A stretch of DNA of 64,000 nucleotides from Octopus sinensis (taxonomy: Eukaryota): assembly GCF_006345805.1 (NCBI RefSeq), contig NC_043000.1:66464001-66528000 (forward strand). Reading direction: 5' to 3'. The notes beneath the pieces are model-generated. The model was not told the DNA's origin and did no database searches. It worked only from the letters and a program-made list of their open reading frames with translations. Positions 37,720-51,516 of this stretch are shown here, piece after piece (positions within the stretch are counted from its first letter, which is position 1; every line of letters begins with the position of its first letter). Made by a program: the position numbers and the translations under genes.

Positions 37720-39648
37720 TCATCATCATCATCATCATCATCATCGTTTAACGTCCGTTTTCCGCGCTAGCACGGGTTGGACGGTTCGACCGGGGTCTGG
37801 GAAGCCAGGGGCCGCTCCAGGCTCCAGTCTGATCTGGCAGAGTTTCTACGGCTGGATGCCCTTCCTAACGCCAACCACTCCGCGAGTGGAGTGGGTGCTT
37901 TTTATGTGCCACCTGCACAGGGGCCGGGGGGGGGGGTCCGGCATCGGTCACGATCGGTTCGAGCTTTTAACATGCCAGCGGCACAGGAGCCAGCCAAGGC
38001 GGTGCTGGCAACGTTCGGATGGTCTTACCGGCACAGAGGCCAGTCGGGGCAGCGCTGGCATCGGCCACGTTCGGATAGTACTTTTTATGTGCCACCGGCA
38101 CAGGCATCATAACTCCTATTTCCATTGATATTTATTTCGACGTTCATGTTCATGTACTTGACTCAACAGGTCTCCTCAGGCACAGCAGGACGATCTGGGA
38201 TCCGGGGTACTTTGAATGGGCAGGGGCTATGTGGAACTGATGCAGGAAGTAGCCCGGGTCTTTTCAGTCACAGCATATCTCCAGAGATCTCGGTCCTTCG
38301 CCATTGCCTCAGTGAGGCCCAATGCTCTGAGGTCATGCTTCACTACCTCATCCCATGTCTTCCTGGGTCTACCTCTCCCCCTGATACCTTCAACTGTTTG
38401 GGAGTGGCACTTCTTCACACATCTCTCTTCATCCATCCGCAGCACATGACCATACCATCGCAAGCGTTGCTCTTGCACACCACATCTGATGCTTCTTATA
38501 TCCAGCATTTCTCTCAGGATGCTTACACTCTGTCGTGCGTGCACACTGACACTACACATCCAGCGGATCATGCTAGCTTCATTTCTTTCAAGTCTACGCA
38601 TGTCCTCTGCAGTCACAGCCCATGTTGCATTACCGAGAAGCATGGCAGTTCGCACACATGCATCATACAATCTACCTTTCGCTCTGAGGGAGAGACCCTT
38701 TGTCGCCAGTAGGGGTAGGAGCTTTCTGAACTTTGCCCAGGCTATTCGTATTCTAGTGGTGATACTCTCTGTGCATCCACCTCCGCTACTAACTTGGTCA
38801 CCCAGGTAGCGGAAACTATCAACTACTTCTAGTTTCTCTCCCTGGAGTGTGATGGAATCTGTTTTCTGAGTGTCTGTTGTGTCTATTGCCCCTGTGCATC
38901 TGCCGCACATGAAAGCTATCTTATCTGTTAATTTCCCTTTAATGTTGCTGCACCTCTTATGCGTCCATAGCTTACATTGGGTGCATCTTATGGAGTTTCT
39001 ACCAGTACCTTTCCTACAGATTGAGCAGGGCCACCTACCCGAGGGGGTGTGTGCTGAGTACGCCTTGCTGCTTACTATTACTTTGGTTTTTGCTACATTT
39101 ACTCTAAGGCCCTTTGATTCTAACCCTTGCTTCCACACCCGAAATTTCTTTTCTAGTTCCGGTAGTGATTCTGCTATGAGAGCTAGGTCATCAGCATAGA
39201 GGAGCTCCCAGGGGCATCCCGTTTTGAATTCCTCTGTTATTGCCTGGAGGACTATGATGAATAAAAGGGGACTGAGGGCTGAGCCCTGGTGCACACCTAC
39301 TTCTACCTGGAATTCTTCACTATATTCGTTGCCAATCCTAACCTTGCTGACAGCCTCTCTGTATAGAGCCTGTACAGCCCTTATTAGCCATTCGTCAATC
39401 TCCAGTTTCCACATCGACCACCAGATAAGGGAACGGGGAACCCTGTCAAAGGCTTTCTCCAAGTCCACAAAAGCTATGTAGAGGGTTTATCTTTAGCTAG
39501 GTACTTCTCCTGCAGTTGTCAGACCAGGAATATAGCATCAGTGGTGCTTCTACCTGGTACAAAACCGAACTGCATTTCATCTAAGCAAATTCTCTCCCTA
39601 ATGAGATGGGTTATGACCCTCTCTGAGACCTTCATCACCTGGTCCAAC
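37720..39648 (-). mobile_element. Relatively young 5'-truncated RTE LINE
   Basis: 413-aa open RT ORF (38227-39468): DLEKAFDRV, GVHQGSALSP, LLYADD, FRYLG, RLRWYGHV; GC/CpG-rich 3'UTR; (TGA)n tail. Confidence 0.95.
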
Positions 39649-41069
39649 ATGCATATCATCATCATCATTTAACGTCCATTTTCCATGCTAGCATGGGTTG
39701 GACGGTTTGACAGGGGCCTTGGCATGGTTTTTGTGGCTGGATGCTCTTCCTTCCATCACCACTTTACAGCATGGACTGATGGCTTTTACATGGTATCGCA
39801 CAGTAGCATAGTTTCAATGGCTGAATACCCTTCCTAACACCACCAATTTACTGCATGGAATGGATATTTTTACATGACACCAACACGGTGGCATATATAT
39901 ATATATATATATATATGTATATGTATTATATGTATATATATATGCGCATACATACACATCATATATGCACGCACATATATACATACACACACATATATAC
40001 GCACACACATTATACTCTGTTTGAAATAAACTGAAAGGCAGCCCGTCCTTAACGTGGCTGTTTAGTATACTAGAAATAGCCGTTATTAAACATACAAAAC
40101 AGCCACTATTCTGATCACCTAATAAGCAGCAAAGGGGAAAAAAGTTCTCTGTAGGAGGCGAGATTAGTTGATACGCCTGAAAACAAAACGAGGAAAAGAA
40201 AATAACTCTGAGGTGGGTGGGAGGGAATTTCCGAGGTGCAAGTTGACTGGCAACCTGGGGCCCACTAAAGTTGTGCCCTGTTGTCCATGTGTATCTGCGT
40301 GCATGGGGGCAGGGGGGTGCGCAAGAAAAACATTTATGGAAATGTACGCATAAAATTTCTATTAACATAAGTTATCTTTATGCCATGTGTTTGCAATTCT
40401 CCATATAAGTGATAGCAAAGTATGTATCAAACGAAATTAAAATCCTGGTTCAATGACAGATCGATCAAGTTACTAAAGTTCTAACAGTTGATAGCAACAC
40501 ATTCTCTCTTTTAATTGAATATTGAAAAAGAGAGAAAATGTAAGGGAAATAAATTTTGGCGATAAGGACTAAACCCCTTGTTGCATTATCACAATTAAAA
40601 AGAAATTCAGATGTATAACATTGTGCAAGTTCATTTCCGTAAATGATTTTCTGCTAACCCCCCCCCCCCCACACACACACTTACACACGTGGATACACTT
40701 CGATGAAGTCCCATTTTGGAAGTATGTTAAGATTTTTATTATTTTGGAATAAAGAACACAAATAGGTGCTGAACCAGTGACTAAACTTAAAGTATTTTGT
40801 TGGGATTATTCCAATGAATTGACACCAAGGTAATTGATTCTATCAGAATCGTTTACCTTTAAAGCAAAAAATAAATAAATAAATAAAATAAAATTAATAC
40901 GTATATGACAAGTCTGTTCATTCAGATAAACTGCAGAAATTGTTGCACGCACGCACACACAAACATAAAATTTCTCCAGACAGCTGTTATTTTTAGCATA
41001 TCGAGTTTTGTGGTGAGGGCTTTACATGCCGTGATCCTTTTGCTGTTACACCATAAATGCAGAAACGGA

Positions 41070-41760
41070 CAAAACAGCCGTTCATTTTCACTTTTTGACA
41101 GTGGGATGAGGTGGCGAGGTGGGGGGAGCGATCAATTTTGGAGTTTTCCTTAAAAATTTTGAAATTAAAATGCCTCCCACCCCCACCCCCATTTTCTTAC
41201 TCTGTATTTTTCCACGTAGACTGAAAAAAATTTCGAAAAAGGTTAAAAATGAAAAATTTGGGGGTAGAATTAAAAATTTTGAAAACATGTTTTTTTTGCA
41301 TATTAGGAATCTCCATCATTGAAAACATAGGAATCCGGTGAAAAAAACAAAACATTTTGGTGACCGGGTGCTAAACTACATCCTGAAAGTTATGAGAGGA
41401 GAAAAACGGATCGTATAAATTTTCGGACAATCCTCCCCCCAACCCCTCGGAAAAAATTTCCCCAGAAATGTCTTTATAATCGTATTTTGTGCCATTTGAA
41501 GAGGATTTCTTTAAAATTTCAGCAATATATATCCATTTTCCTGAAAGTTATGAGGAAAAAATTGGATCTTGTGAATTTTCCGAAAGTCCTCTCCCCATCA
41601 CCCCACGTTCGTTTGCGCATTTTTTTTTTTTTTTTGCATATTCGTTTTCTACACAGTTTTTAACACCTAGAATGCTGCTATTTTTTTGTTTTTTTCGTCA
41701 ACGGGTCTCAAACTTTATATTGACCAAATTATGACCTGTCTTAAACGTTGGCGGTTCTAA
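41070..41760. repeat. Unclassified CpG-bearing repeat resembling the interior of a non-autonomous DNA transposon
   Basis: Recurrent cctgaaagttatgag and aattttcgga/aattttccga motifs, C/G runs; no termini identified. Confidence 0.35.
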
Positions 41761-43630
41761 ATAATAGATAGCGCAGAGGTAATTCACAGGTAATTCCACC
41801 CTGTCTTCGTAGCATTTGGGGAAAAGGTACGTTCTGCTATATAAGATCAGAAAATTTGTAGGAACATGAGATATCTTCAAGTTGCAAGTTAGTACCTTTT
41901 ATTTGTAGACAGTAAATACAGGTCTTTTGCTCTACAGTTACAATTATAATCAACTTTCTTCAGTGAAAAAGTTATAAAAAGTTACATTAATATGTGTGTG
42001 TACGGGGTGAGGGGAATGTGTGTGATAAGCACGACAGAACAAGAGGTAAGCTCCCAACTAGTTGAGACGGTGATCACGTTCAATCCTGGTTGAAGACATT
42101 TCACGTCCTTACGCGTCTAATGCTCTTGGGAAAAGTCACAATGTCCACTAGAATATGAATCAAAAAGAAAATTTGAGCATTAAAATTAATGCATCAAGCT
42201 AATGAGAAATCATTATACGGTTGCACGATCTGTTAGAAACAACAGTCCAGTCTCCCTTAAATCACACCATACAGACATGAGAAAAGAAAGAATTACTAGG
42301 TACAATGTCATCCTGGGACAGACACGGCTTAAACGTTATTTGAAGAGCCACAACATCATACGACACCTCACTACATTATACCTTTAACAACGGAGTCTAT
42401 GCTTTCACACCCCGGCTGTCTGAAAACATGGAAGGCAGGCAAAATACATCAACCAAAACAGTCCTAGATAACAGATGAGATTATTACAGTTGGAATGCCT
42501 TTTGATTACAAGTTTGCACAATAAGAGTTAACCTGGTGCTCTCTAAACCACCACACATGCAATCAACAAAAGATCACAGGTCTGTGGATTGTTACTATAT
42601 TTTGCTCGACCCACACTGACCTAGGATTAAGCATATCAACTGGAAAGAATAAATGGCTAATCCAAACACCATAAACATTACAAGTTAATAGATTGATGGG
42701 AGGGGGGGATCGTAATTCATCGAAAATGAAAACCTGGAAAGTTAACAGAGTGAAATATATTTGAGAAAAGTGAATCCCAGTTGTATTAAAATGAAAAAGC
42801 CTTTTTGATAGAAATGCTAGTTTTCGTTATTTTATTATAATGTGTACTAAGCAGGCACAAGTTGGTACGCAGAATCTGCGCTCACAGTTTCAATTCCAAG
42901 TGAAAGTATTTCATTCACTTGACATCCAAACACATATTTCTTTTCCTTTACAGTACCAATTTTCAAGCCTCTATGAAGAGCAATAAATTTCTTCATACTA
43001 ATTAGTCGAATGTTTCAGTAAAATAGAACATAAACAGTAACTATTATTCTTAATTGAACATAGGCAAGTATATTTTAAAGTGTTGCTCAGTGACGCCACA
43101 TCACTTGATGAATGTTAAAATACAATGCTCCAACAAATCGAGTAGAATATAAATATTATAAACCGAAATGAATTCGGAAATCAATGAAAATATTTTAAAG
43201 GATAAAATTCCTACAAAAGGATGATCGAAGACATAGTAAAAAGGGTTTATAAATGTCCTTGGTATTAAAAGTGACCTTTCAATATGACAGCAGGGAATCT
43301 AACGAAGAGTTTGTATCATACTTATCTTCATATTTATTTCTAAGTAGGGTGCTACATTAAACATCACACTTGACAATAATATCAATACTAATCGGTAACT
43401 GAATTTAAAAACAATTAAGCGACTGTGCCACAAACTATACAGTAATGACTTTCATAAAAAAAACAGCAGTTTAAGCAAATCAGATTGTTTACTATCAGGG
43501 GTTTGTAGAAGGGAAGGTTATATTTTCTTTGTTATTCCTTACGTCATTTCAGTCTCTGAAAAACGAAATAAAACGGTTATCTTCGCATTAATATAGTCTG
43601 AAGGATTGTGAAAAATATTTGTAAACATAC

Positions 43631-43820
43631 CTTTTAACTGAGCCTTCCGTTGTTCATAGATTGCTTTCAGGTAGAGGCGGTCTTTCTTCTGAAGACACTT
43701 ATTCGAAACATGTAGCTTCCTAGTGTTTATATATGTGATTTTCAGTCGGCCTGATAAATGTCCAGAATGAGCCGTGCGACGAGACAATCGACACAATCTA
43801 ACGCACATCCAGCTAAACAT
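43631..43820 (-). CDS. NT5DC3: NT5DC3/NT5DC2-family 5'-nucleotidase, coding exon 1 (ATG; Arg-rich presequence-like N-terminus)
   Basis: ATG at 43820 in a locally CpG-rich region; MFSWMCVRLCRLSRR...KAQLK; donor AAAG|GTATGT. 190 nt, phase 1, which joins exon 2 (G+AT=Asp). Assigned by phase and composition, not by homology. Confidence 0.75.
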
Positions 43821-43950
43821 GATGCCTCAGAGGATCGTGGAACGAATAAACGTCAAGTTAGAGCAACAACACTACGATGTGCTGACTTGTTGGATAACCT
43901 CAATGTCGATTCGAACGTTTACATGTTATTAACTAAACACGTGTAAGCTA
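43821..43950 (-). promoter_or_regulatory. Probable 5'UTR/promoter region of the NT5DC3-like gene
   Basis: Locally CpG-rich unique sequence immediately upstream of the ATG; no TSS evidence. Confidence 0.4.
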
Positions 43951-44574
43951 ACAGGCCAAAAACAAAAAATCATTTCAGAAACCTGAGAGCTTTTACTTAG
44001 TCACTCGATCCAGTAGAAATAGAAGTCAAACCCTTCTCATATCCAACTCTGCCGTCAATATATCCAGTCTGGAGTTCCTGTGATCGAAGTACTGTTCAAA
44101 GGAAATAATAAATGAAAGCATCGGAGGATTTTTTCATCGTAATGTCACTGTAATAATTTCTTTGTTATCCTGAAGTAAACTTGAAGCCTTATTTTTATAC
44201 TGATTTTTTTTTGTCGTCATTACGAGGGCTTTTTCGACTTTGTATTATTTTGTTTTATTTATAATGATTGTTTTTTTACTCATGTTCATGTAGTTTTGTA
44301 ATGTATGAAGTTGAATGTATCTTGTTTTAGTTTGTTGTTAAATTCCAATGTCAGCTCGGATCCAGTTGTCCTTATGAGTAAAAGCATCCCAACTCTGGCC
44401 ATCCCATTTTTCATCATCGAAGACTACTCAATGGAACCTATTTTTTCCCCTTAAAGGCGGTTACTGTTGAGTGTAGGTTTGCCAGATCAATTTCATAAAG
44501 ATGTAACAAGAAATCCTCGAATTGCAACTGTTTATATTAGTAAGTAGCTGAAAATGAAAGTTTTGTTAGTAAAC

Positions 44575-44950
44575 TTATACTTGGTTCAGCCATTGGACTA
44601 TGGCCATGCGGGAGCACAGCCTGAAAGTGTTTAGTTGAGCAAATCACCTCAGTACTTTTTAAAATACTTTTTGTATAGTCTGGTACTACTTCTATTGCTT
44701 TCTTTTGCCGAACTACTAGATTACGGGGATGTAAACAAAAACACCGGTTGTCTAGCGGTGGGAGACGTTAATACACACAAAGATACACTCATATGTACAT
44801 ACAACGGATTTTCATACAATTTCCACCTACCAGATTCTCTTACACAGCATTGGTAGGCCCGGGGCTATAGTAGAAGACACTTATCTAAGGTGCCGCGCTG
44901 TGGAACCGATCCCGAAATCACATGGTTACAAAGCGAGCTTCTTAATCACA
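44575..44950 (-). mobile_element. Octopus-type tRNA SINE
   Basis: ggctatagtagaagacactt..aaggtgccgcgc.gtgg family. Confidence 0.8.
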
Positions 44951-45566
44951 CATCCTGATATATGTATGTGTATTACGTTGTCGTGGGGAACGTAGAGTCA
45001 GCTCTTAATCACCATAATTTCTAGGATCGTTCTGACTCAGAACAGTTTTACCTGTCAGGGTCCCAGCTATGGGTTAAATGCGTTTTAAATGGATTTTCCT
45101 GGGGTGGAGGAGGCTCTCGTTATTTTTGCAAAGACATTGGGAAGGCAGCTCTTCTAGAAGAAAGATACTCTGAAATAATACTTGCAATCAAAATAGTACC
45201 AGTCATCTTGCAATGCTTATCACTGGTGACCGAGAGAGTGGCGAAAGCGTTATACAAGCGTTTGTCACTTAAATCCAATGACATACAGATGTCTTGCTGT
45301 TATTTAATGAGATGGCCATCATCTGACAAGATGAAGCAATCATCATGTTATTGATGTCAGTGGGCAGTGATGAAAATGAGTTTTTGAAAGTAAAAACTTA
45401 CAGAAGTATTTCTTCGACTGATAAATACTAGATCACCTTCAGATATACTAGAACATTATTTTGTCACCTCCCTCTTTATCATTGAGATGACTCTAGATTT
45501 TGCATCAATAACACTGTTTTATTTTTTAAAGTTTTTGGCCACTAAGAGTTATTTTCATTTGCTTCT

Positions 45567-45924
45567 ATCTAGAAATCAAAGGAAATGATTACTGTTCCCT
45601 TCGAACTTTAGTTTTGTGACCTGGACATCAATGTTTTGAAATTGACCTATTTTCCATTACATTTCAGACAGATTCAGTACCTGGTTGCTGAAGCAGAAAT
45701 ATCATTATAGCAAATATTCTGCTCAATACCACAGATTTGCTTGTTAGTTGTTTGACCGTAACCCCTTGAGCATATCTCTCAGTGGCTGACAATATGTGCT
45801 TCTGTGGTCAGGAGTAGTGGAGAGCATCATAGCCATATGTTGAGAGAGATTCTTTGGGGTTTGAATAAATGTAACAAAAACAAAGTTTGAAGGAAATATT
45901 AGCCATTTTTCAAAGTTTCTAGGA
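45567..45924. mobile_element. MITE with ~55-bp imperfect TIRs; second partial copy at ~46545-46725
   Basis: ctagaaatcaaaggaaatg..ccttcgaacttt..ttttgtgac versus gtaacaaaa..aaagtttgaagg..cattttt..tttctagga. Confidence 0.7.
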
Positions 45925-47495
45925 TTAAGCAAATAGGAAATATCAGTTGCTACCCAAGGATAAAAATTATGTTACACAAAGTGCTTCTTTCTATCTCATG
46001 GTGTTGGACAAATTAAAAAATTTGGAAATCATCTCAGTTTTATTAAGCATGATAATTTTTGTTGCCCTTTTCAATCTTCTCTCTGGTCCCTATTCCTACG
46101 AGAAACACTCTGCTAAGATCCAAAAAGGCTGAGTTGGAAAAGCCCTCTTCCCATGAGCTGAAAAAGTTGGAGAATGCCATCTCTGCCATTTATTTCACTA
46201 CCTGTGGGTCAATTCTAATTTAGTTAGTTTTGATAATTTAATAATTTTAAATAAGATTCTTACTTATTAAAATTTCAATGCATCAAAAATTTCATTTCTC
46301 TATTCAGTAATCTCTTTTTTCTCATTTTGTGAATACTTGAGTCATTATACTTCAGCTTGGCCTTGTTCAAGGCAAAATCTTAACAGCAAATGTTTTGATC
46401 TTTAAGTTCAATTTTCAGTTTTAAAACTCACAAAAGTTGATCCTACTCCATGCTATTTCTTAATTTAGTTTCGGCAGAGGTTAATATTGGTTTCAAATTT
46501 TGGTCCAAAGTCAGCAATTTCAAGGGAAGAGTTGCTTGACCTTTATCACATGAGCATGCCCCTTAGTGGCTGACAATATGTGCATCTGTGATCATGAGCA
46601 AGAAGTATCTGATACTTGTGCAGAAGTATCAGAGCCATGTGTTCAGAGAGATACTTTGGGGTTTGAATAAATGTAACAAAAGCAAAGTTTGAAGGAAATA
46701 TTGGGCATTTTTCATAGTTTCTAGGAAATAATAGTTGGTACCCAATGACATAAATCATGCTACACAGTATTATCTTTGCTAAGACTTCACTTTCTTCTCT
46801 CAGAGAAAGCGACTGATCTTTTGTTACCAACATAGGTTCCAGAACTTCTTACTGTAGCTATTATACTTTCACTACCCCTTCTTCTCAACACTAATTAGAT
46901 TACCTTATTAACAAAGCCTGAACATTACAGTAATCATTTAATTTGGGTTTGATTAGATATTTCTAGTTGACTCCAGCTAAATTTTGTGAGAATTGATTTT
47001 TTTTATAGCAGATTAATTTGTTACTAATTACTTGTATTCATCTTTTAACTATAGAAAGAATTAAATATGGAGAAAAGATTATAAAGTTATTTATTTAATA
47101 AACACCTAACACCAAATTTCCCAGATATATTATAGATCATTTGCAAAATATGACTAGTCAGTAATATGGATGTTTGTGTCAGTGTGTCACTACAAAAGTA
47201 ACTACCACATAGATAATGTGCTCATACTTGTGATGACAGATAAGAAGCTAAGTTCCACTCGTGGCTGTGTGGTAAGAAGTTTGTTTCTCAACCATGTAGT
47301 TCAGAGTTCAATCCCATTGTGTGTCACTTTGGGCAAGTGTTGGACCTTTTTATGTGTAAACATATATACATTTTTTTTTATTTGTATTTAATATTTTTTG
47401 TATATCAACTTGCCTAACTTGCTTTCTTACATTTACTGCTCTACATGTTTATGTATGTATATATGTATGTGTGTGCGTGTGTGTGTATGTATGTA

Positions 47496-47936
47496 TGGGG
47501 TGCCAGTGCAAAGTAGTGGTGTGTATAAATACAAGCTAGTTACCAGTTCAAATATGTTTGAGGCATATTTGAACCTGTAAGAAAGCCATTCACTGGATTT
47601 TATCATGGAGAAAATTTCTCTCTGTAGACAGATAGGTGTAAACACACCAAGTCACTCCACTGTGACTCCTAACCAGACCATTGGATGCATGCATTTTGGA
47701 ATGGTTATCTCCTCTTCAGCAACAGAGACTGGAAAGACAGATTCCTCTTATGATATTCCTGTCATCATTCAAATGACAGGCTTGCCATTAATAAAACATG
47801 GGGTGACAGAACAAAGCAGTGATGTGTATAAATACAAACATGCTACCAAATTTCCTCTATGGCAAAATACCTCAAGTATATTTGAACTGGTAGCAAGTTT
47901 GTATTACGTACATTACTGCTTAGCACTGTCACCTTG
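47496..47936. mobile_element. Tc1/mariner-type MITE (TA flanks, long imperfect TIRs, internal partial duplication at ~47797)
   Basis: TA|TGGGGTGCCAGTGC...GCACTGTCACCTTG|TA. Confidence 0.7.
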
Positions 47937-48659
47937 TATTTAATATTATTTAATAAAATTTAGGAGAAAATTTCTTTAAATTGAGAATGAGTCATGTACT
48001 TAAGGTTATTTTGATAGTCAGTTTCCCTTTTTCATGCACACATACACAAACCCAAACACATATCATTGATATAGAAGCTTAAGCATATTTTTGTTATATT
48101 GATATACTTGAAATTTATTCTTCCCATATTTTTTATTTATTCCGCTATGTTGGTCATAATTAGTTATAGAGCACTCTCAGTGAATAAATGCCTTGGTTAG
48201 ACAAATTCAGATGTCCCAAGCAAGGTTTATGTGTGTGTATGTTCAATCACCTCATGAATTATTTTTAGATATTTTAAGTTTTCTAATTTACTATCTGTCC
48301 AAGTTGAGCACTCTGGAAATATTTTCAGAGTGCTCAAACCATTTTCATTACCTTGATAAAACAGGATTCTTTTGATTGTATGCAAGCAATTTGCTTTGTT
48401 CCTTATGTATTTGTGTTCAGTTTTCCATGTGGCGGAGTGCTCCTTATTAGTGAAAAGAGACGAGTAATCACAGAAACATAAAGTTACCATAAGGCAAAAA
48501 TAAGAGTATTTTTATTATATGAGTATATTTGGAATTTATTCTTTTAGTTTATTTATTTCCAATAAACACTGGTTATTTCCCCCGATGAATTTCAAATTAG
48601 TTATGGAGTACTTTCAGGGAAAATACTATAAACAAATTTGAAGATGTACTTTGTAATCT

Positions 48660-48935
48660 TTTATCTTTTACTTGTTTCAGTCATTTGACTGCAGCCATGC
48701 TGGAGCACCGCCTTGAAATTTTTTTAGTTGAATGTATCGACCCCAGTACTTTTTTTATTTCTAAGCCTCTTATTCCATCAACCTATTTTGCCGAACTGGT
48801 AAGTTACAGGGATGTAAACACACCAGCACCAGTTGTCAAGCGCTGGTGTGGGACAAATACAGACACAAAAACACATATATATATCCTGTTATTCTTTTAC
48901 TTGTTTCAGTCACTTGACAGCAGCCATGCTGGAGC
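48660..48935 (-). mobile_element. Octopus SINE 3' portions, two in tandem
   Basis: cttttacttgtttcagtca.ttgac.gcagccatgctggagca occurs twice. Confidence 0.8.
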
Positions 48936-49097
48936 ATTTGACAAAAAACAATGAGGTGGCAGGTCCAAGGTATATAAAAATACACTTTTACCATTCATAG
49001 TTAATAATTACTGCAGCAGTTGCAAGGTTGCAAAGTATTTACGGTTACATATTAACCCTTAAATTAACATTTAATACATGTGTTTAATATATATATA

Positions 49098-49905
49098 CTA
49101 GTAGTATAACCTGGCCTTGCCCGGGATTAAGTTACAATTATTAAGCTAATCAAGTTCTTTATTTCAAACCAAACTAAGTAATATCGATTCTCAACAAAAC
49201 ACTTTTTTACTCGGCGTAAAACAAAAACAAAACTCTTTTGCACCCAAAGTAATGTGTGTGAGAGAGAGAGAGGAGAGAAAGATGAATGATTTAAAATAAA
49301 TATAATGTAATTGTTGTGTGAGAAAGTATATATACTATGATTATAAAATATAGTGTCTTTCAAAAACATCCTGAATTTGAACACTATATCTTGTGTTTAA
49401 GAAAAAACAAAACATTTTACATTTTATTTTTTATGAACGTCGTCACTTACTCTCTCTCTCTCACTTTGTCTTTCCCTTTTTTTTTGTTTAGACGCCGTGA
49501 AACTCTCTTCCACATTTCTTCATCTTGTTTTTTTTTGTTAGACGCCATCAAAAAGCTATGGCTGAAAATAGATTTTTATGAACGTTGTCCGTTACTCTCT
49601 CTCCCTCTCTCATTTTGTCTTTCCCGTGAAACTCTCTGCCCCTCTTCCACTTTTCTTTATCTTGTTTTTTTTTGTTAGACGCTGTCAAAAAGCTATGGCT
49701 GATATTTTTTATGGCTAAAAGCTATGGCTGAACATAAAATTTTACCGTTATCCGCGGGTGCCTCGGGAAAAAAATAAGTTGACAAAACCCAGATAGGGTG
49801 TTGATGAATGTCCTCCTAAAATTTGAGTGACATGTGTGCAAATTTGTGGATGTGCATAAACTACAATCACGTACACACACACATCTTGCCTTATATATAC
49901 ACAGA
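49098..49905 (-). mobile_element. Non-autonomous Helitron
   Basis: Minus strand A|TCTGTGTATATATAA ... CCCGGGCAAGGCCAGG hairpin ... CTAG|T; internal direct repeats 49430-49730. Confidence 0.8.
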
Positions 49906-49919
49906 TATTTGGAAATTTA

Positions 49920-51144
49920 TCTATAATAATTATTGTGGCATTTACCATTAAATTAGCAGTTCGTACATGTGCTTCTATTTGGTTAATTTATACTGCATAC
50001 AAAAATAAAGACATACAACTGCTTTCAAAAATAGAGATTAATGCATAATTTTTTCTATGTCCATAATTTTTTTATTTACAATATTGGAAAAAATATGCCA
50101 CCGAAGCAAAGACGTAATCTCTCTAGAAACAAGTGTAAAGCAAGGAGGATTGTAGATAACTGAAGGCGAGAGTCTCAACAGAGAAGAGAAATGAGACTTT
50201 CTCAAGATCAGCAAAGGCATGCTGCAGCATGTCAGATGGGGTCTCAATACAGAAGGTAGATGAGACTTTCTCAACATCAGTAAAGCATGCTACAGTATGT
50301 TAGATGGAGTCTCAATACAGAAGGGAGATGAGGCCTTCCCAAGTTCATCAAAGTCATGCTGCAGCATGTTCTAATGATGAGACAGATGTCCAATAGAATA
50401 GCTCTCAGAAACAGAACACGTACAAACTTGTTCTTCACAACTCCTGGAGTTGCTTTCAGATATGATCTATCCCATTCTTATAAAAATGATAATTCTCTCC
50501 AAATTGGTGTGTGAAACAAAAATTGTCATTCTGCAAAGCTTTGAAATTTCTAAATGAAACTAATGGCATGTGCTGCTCGGGCGGTAAGGTAAGATTGGCA
50601 GCACTACCAGCTGCTCCTCAACCGCTTATGGATCTTCTGGAAGGCACTTCCATCCAGTCAAAGGATTTCTGAACAATATCAGACAATACAATTCTGCATT
50701 TCAAATGGTATCGTTTGGTGCATCTAAGGAGATAGTTGAACATGGATTTATGCCAACATTCAAAGTTCAAGGGCAAGTCTGTCACCTCATTGGTTCCTTG
50801 TTACCCACAAATGAACAACCAAAGTTCCTCCAAATTTACTTTGAGTGGGGTACAACAGACTTGAAGGCGGTGTTAAAACTTCAGACGAGGGTTGTGTTAG
50901 ATGCACTGACAGGTGCATTAAAAAATCACATACCCCCCACCCCCAACTTTCCACGACAAGTTAGGGCCTGGAATCCTCCAAACGGATGCATGACATTTTG
51001 CTTAGTCAAATAAGCCCACATTTTACTCCACAAACGATTTGTCATCAATGTTGCACTTTCCCGTATCACCTGTTTCAATACAACTGTAATATATATAAAA
51101 ATTACGCCATTTTAATCCTGAGCAATGCCAGGTATCTCTGCTAG
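49920..51144 (+). mobile_element. Internally deleted Helitron with RepHel N-terminal remnants
   Basis: A|TCTATAATAAT start; MPPKQRRNLSR at 50095; 69-bp coding repeats; CHFCKALKF..CCSGGKV; YNSAFQMVSFG..TFKVQGQVCHLIGSLLP..PKFLQIYF; hairpin plus CTAG|T end. Confidence 0.9.
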
Positions 51145-51177
51145 TGTATATATATATGTGTGTGTGTGTGTGTGTGA

Positions 51178-51515
51178 AGGCACATAGCTCGATAATTAAA
51201 GCATCAGGCTTATAATTGTGAGTTCGATTCCAGGACTGGAATGTTTGTCGTGTTCTTGATCAAGATAATTTATTTCACATAGCTTCAGTTCACTCAGCTG
51301 TATAAGTGAGTTGTGACACCATTGATACCAAGTTGTGTTGGCCTTTGCCTTTCCTATGGATAATATCAGTAACATGGAGAGAGACTAGCATGCACGGGCA
51401 ACTGCTGGTCTTCCAAAAAACAACCTTGCCCTGACTTGTGCATTGGAGGGTAATTTTCTAGGTGCAATTCCATGGTCATTCATGACTGAAGTGGGTTTTT
51501 AACTCTTTACCCTTT
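51178..51515 (+). mobile_element. tRNA-derived SINE
   Basis: B-box gagttcgattcc; cagttcactcagctgt core; (ttaccct)-like tail. Confidence 0.7.
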
Positions 51516-51516
51516 A

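Noticed and set aside
50170-50370. 69-bp tandem repeats as an independent satellite
   Set aside because: They encode the 23-aa ESQ.RREMRLSQ repeats of the Helitron RepHel N-terminus
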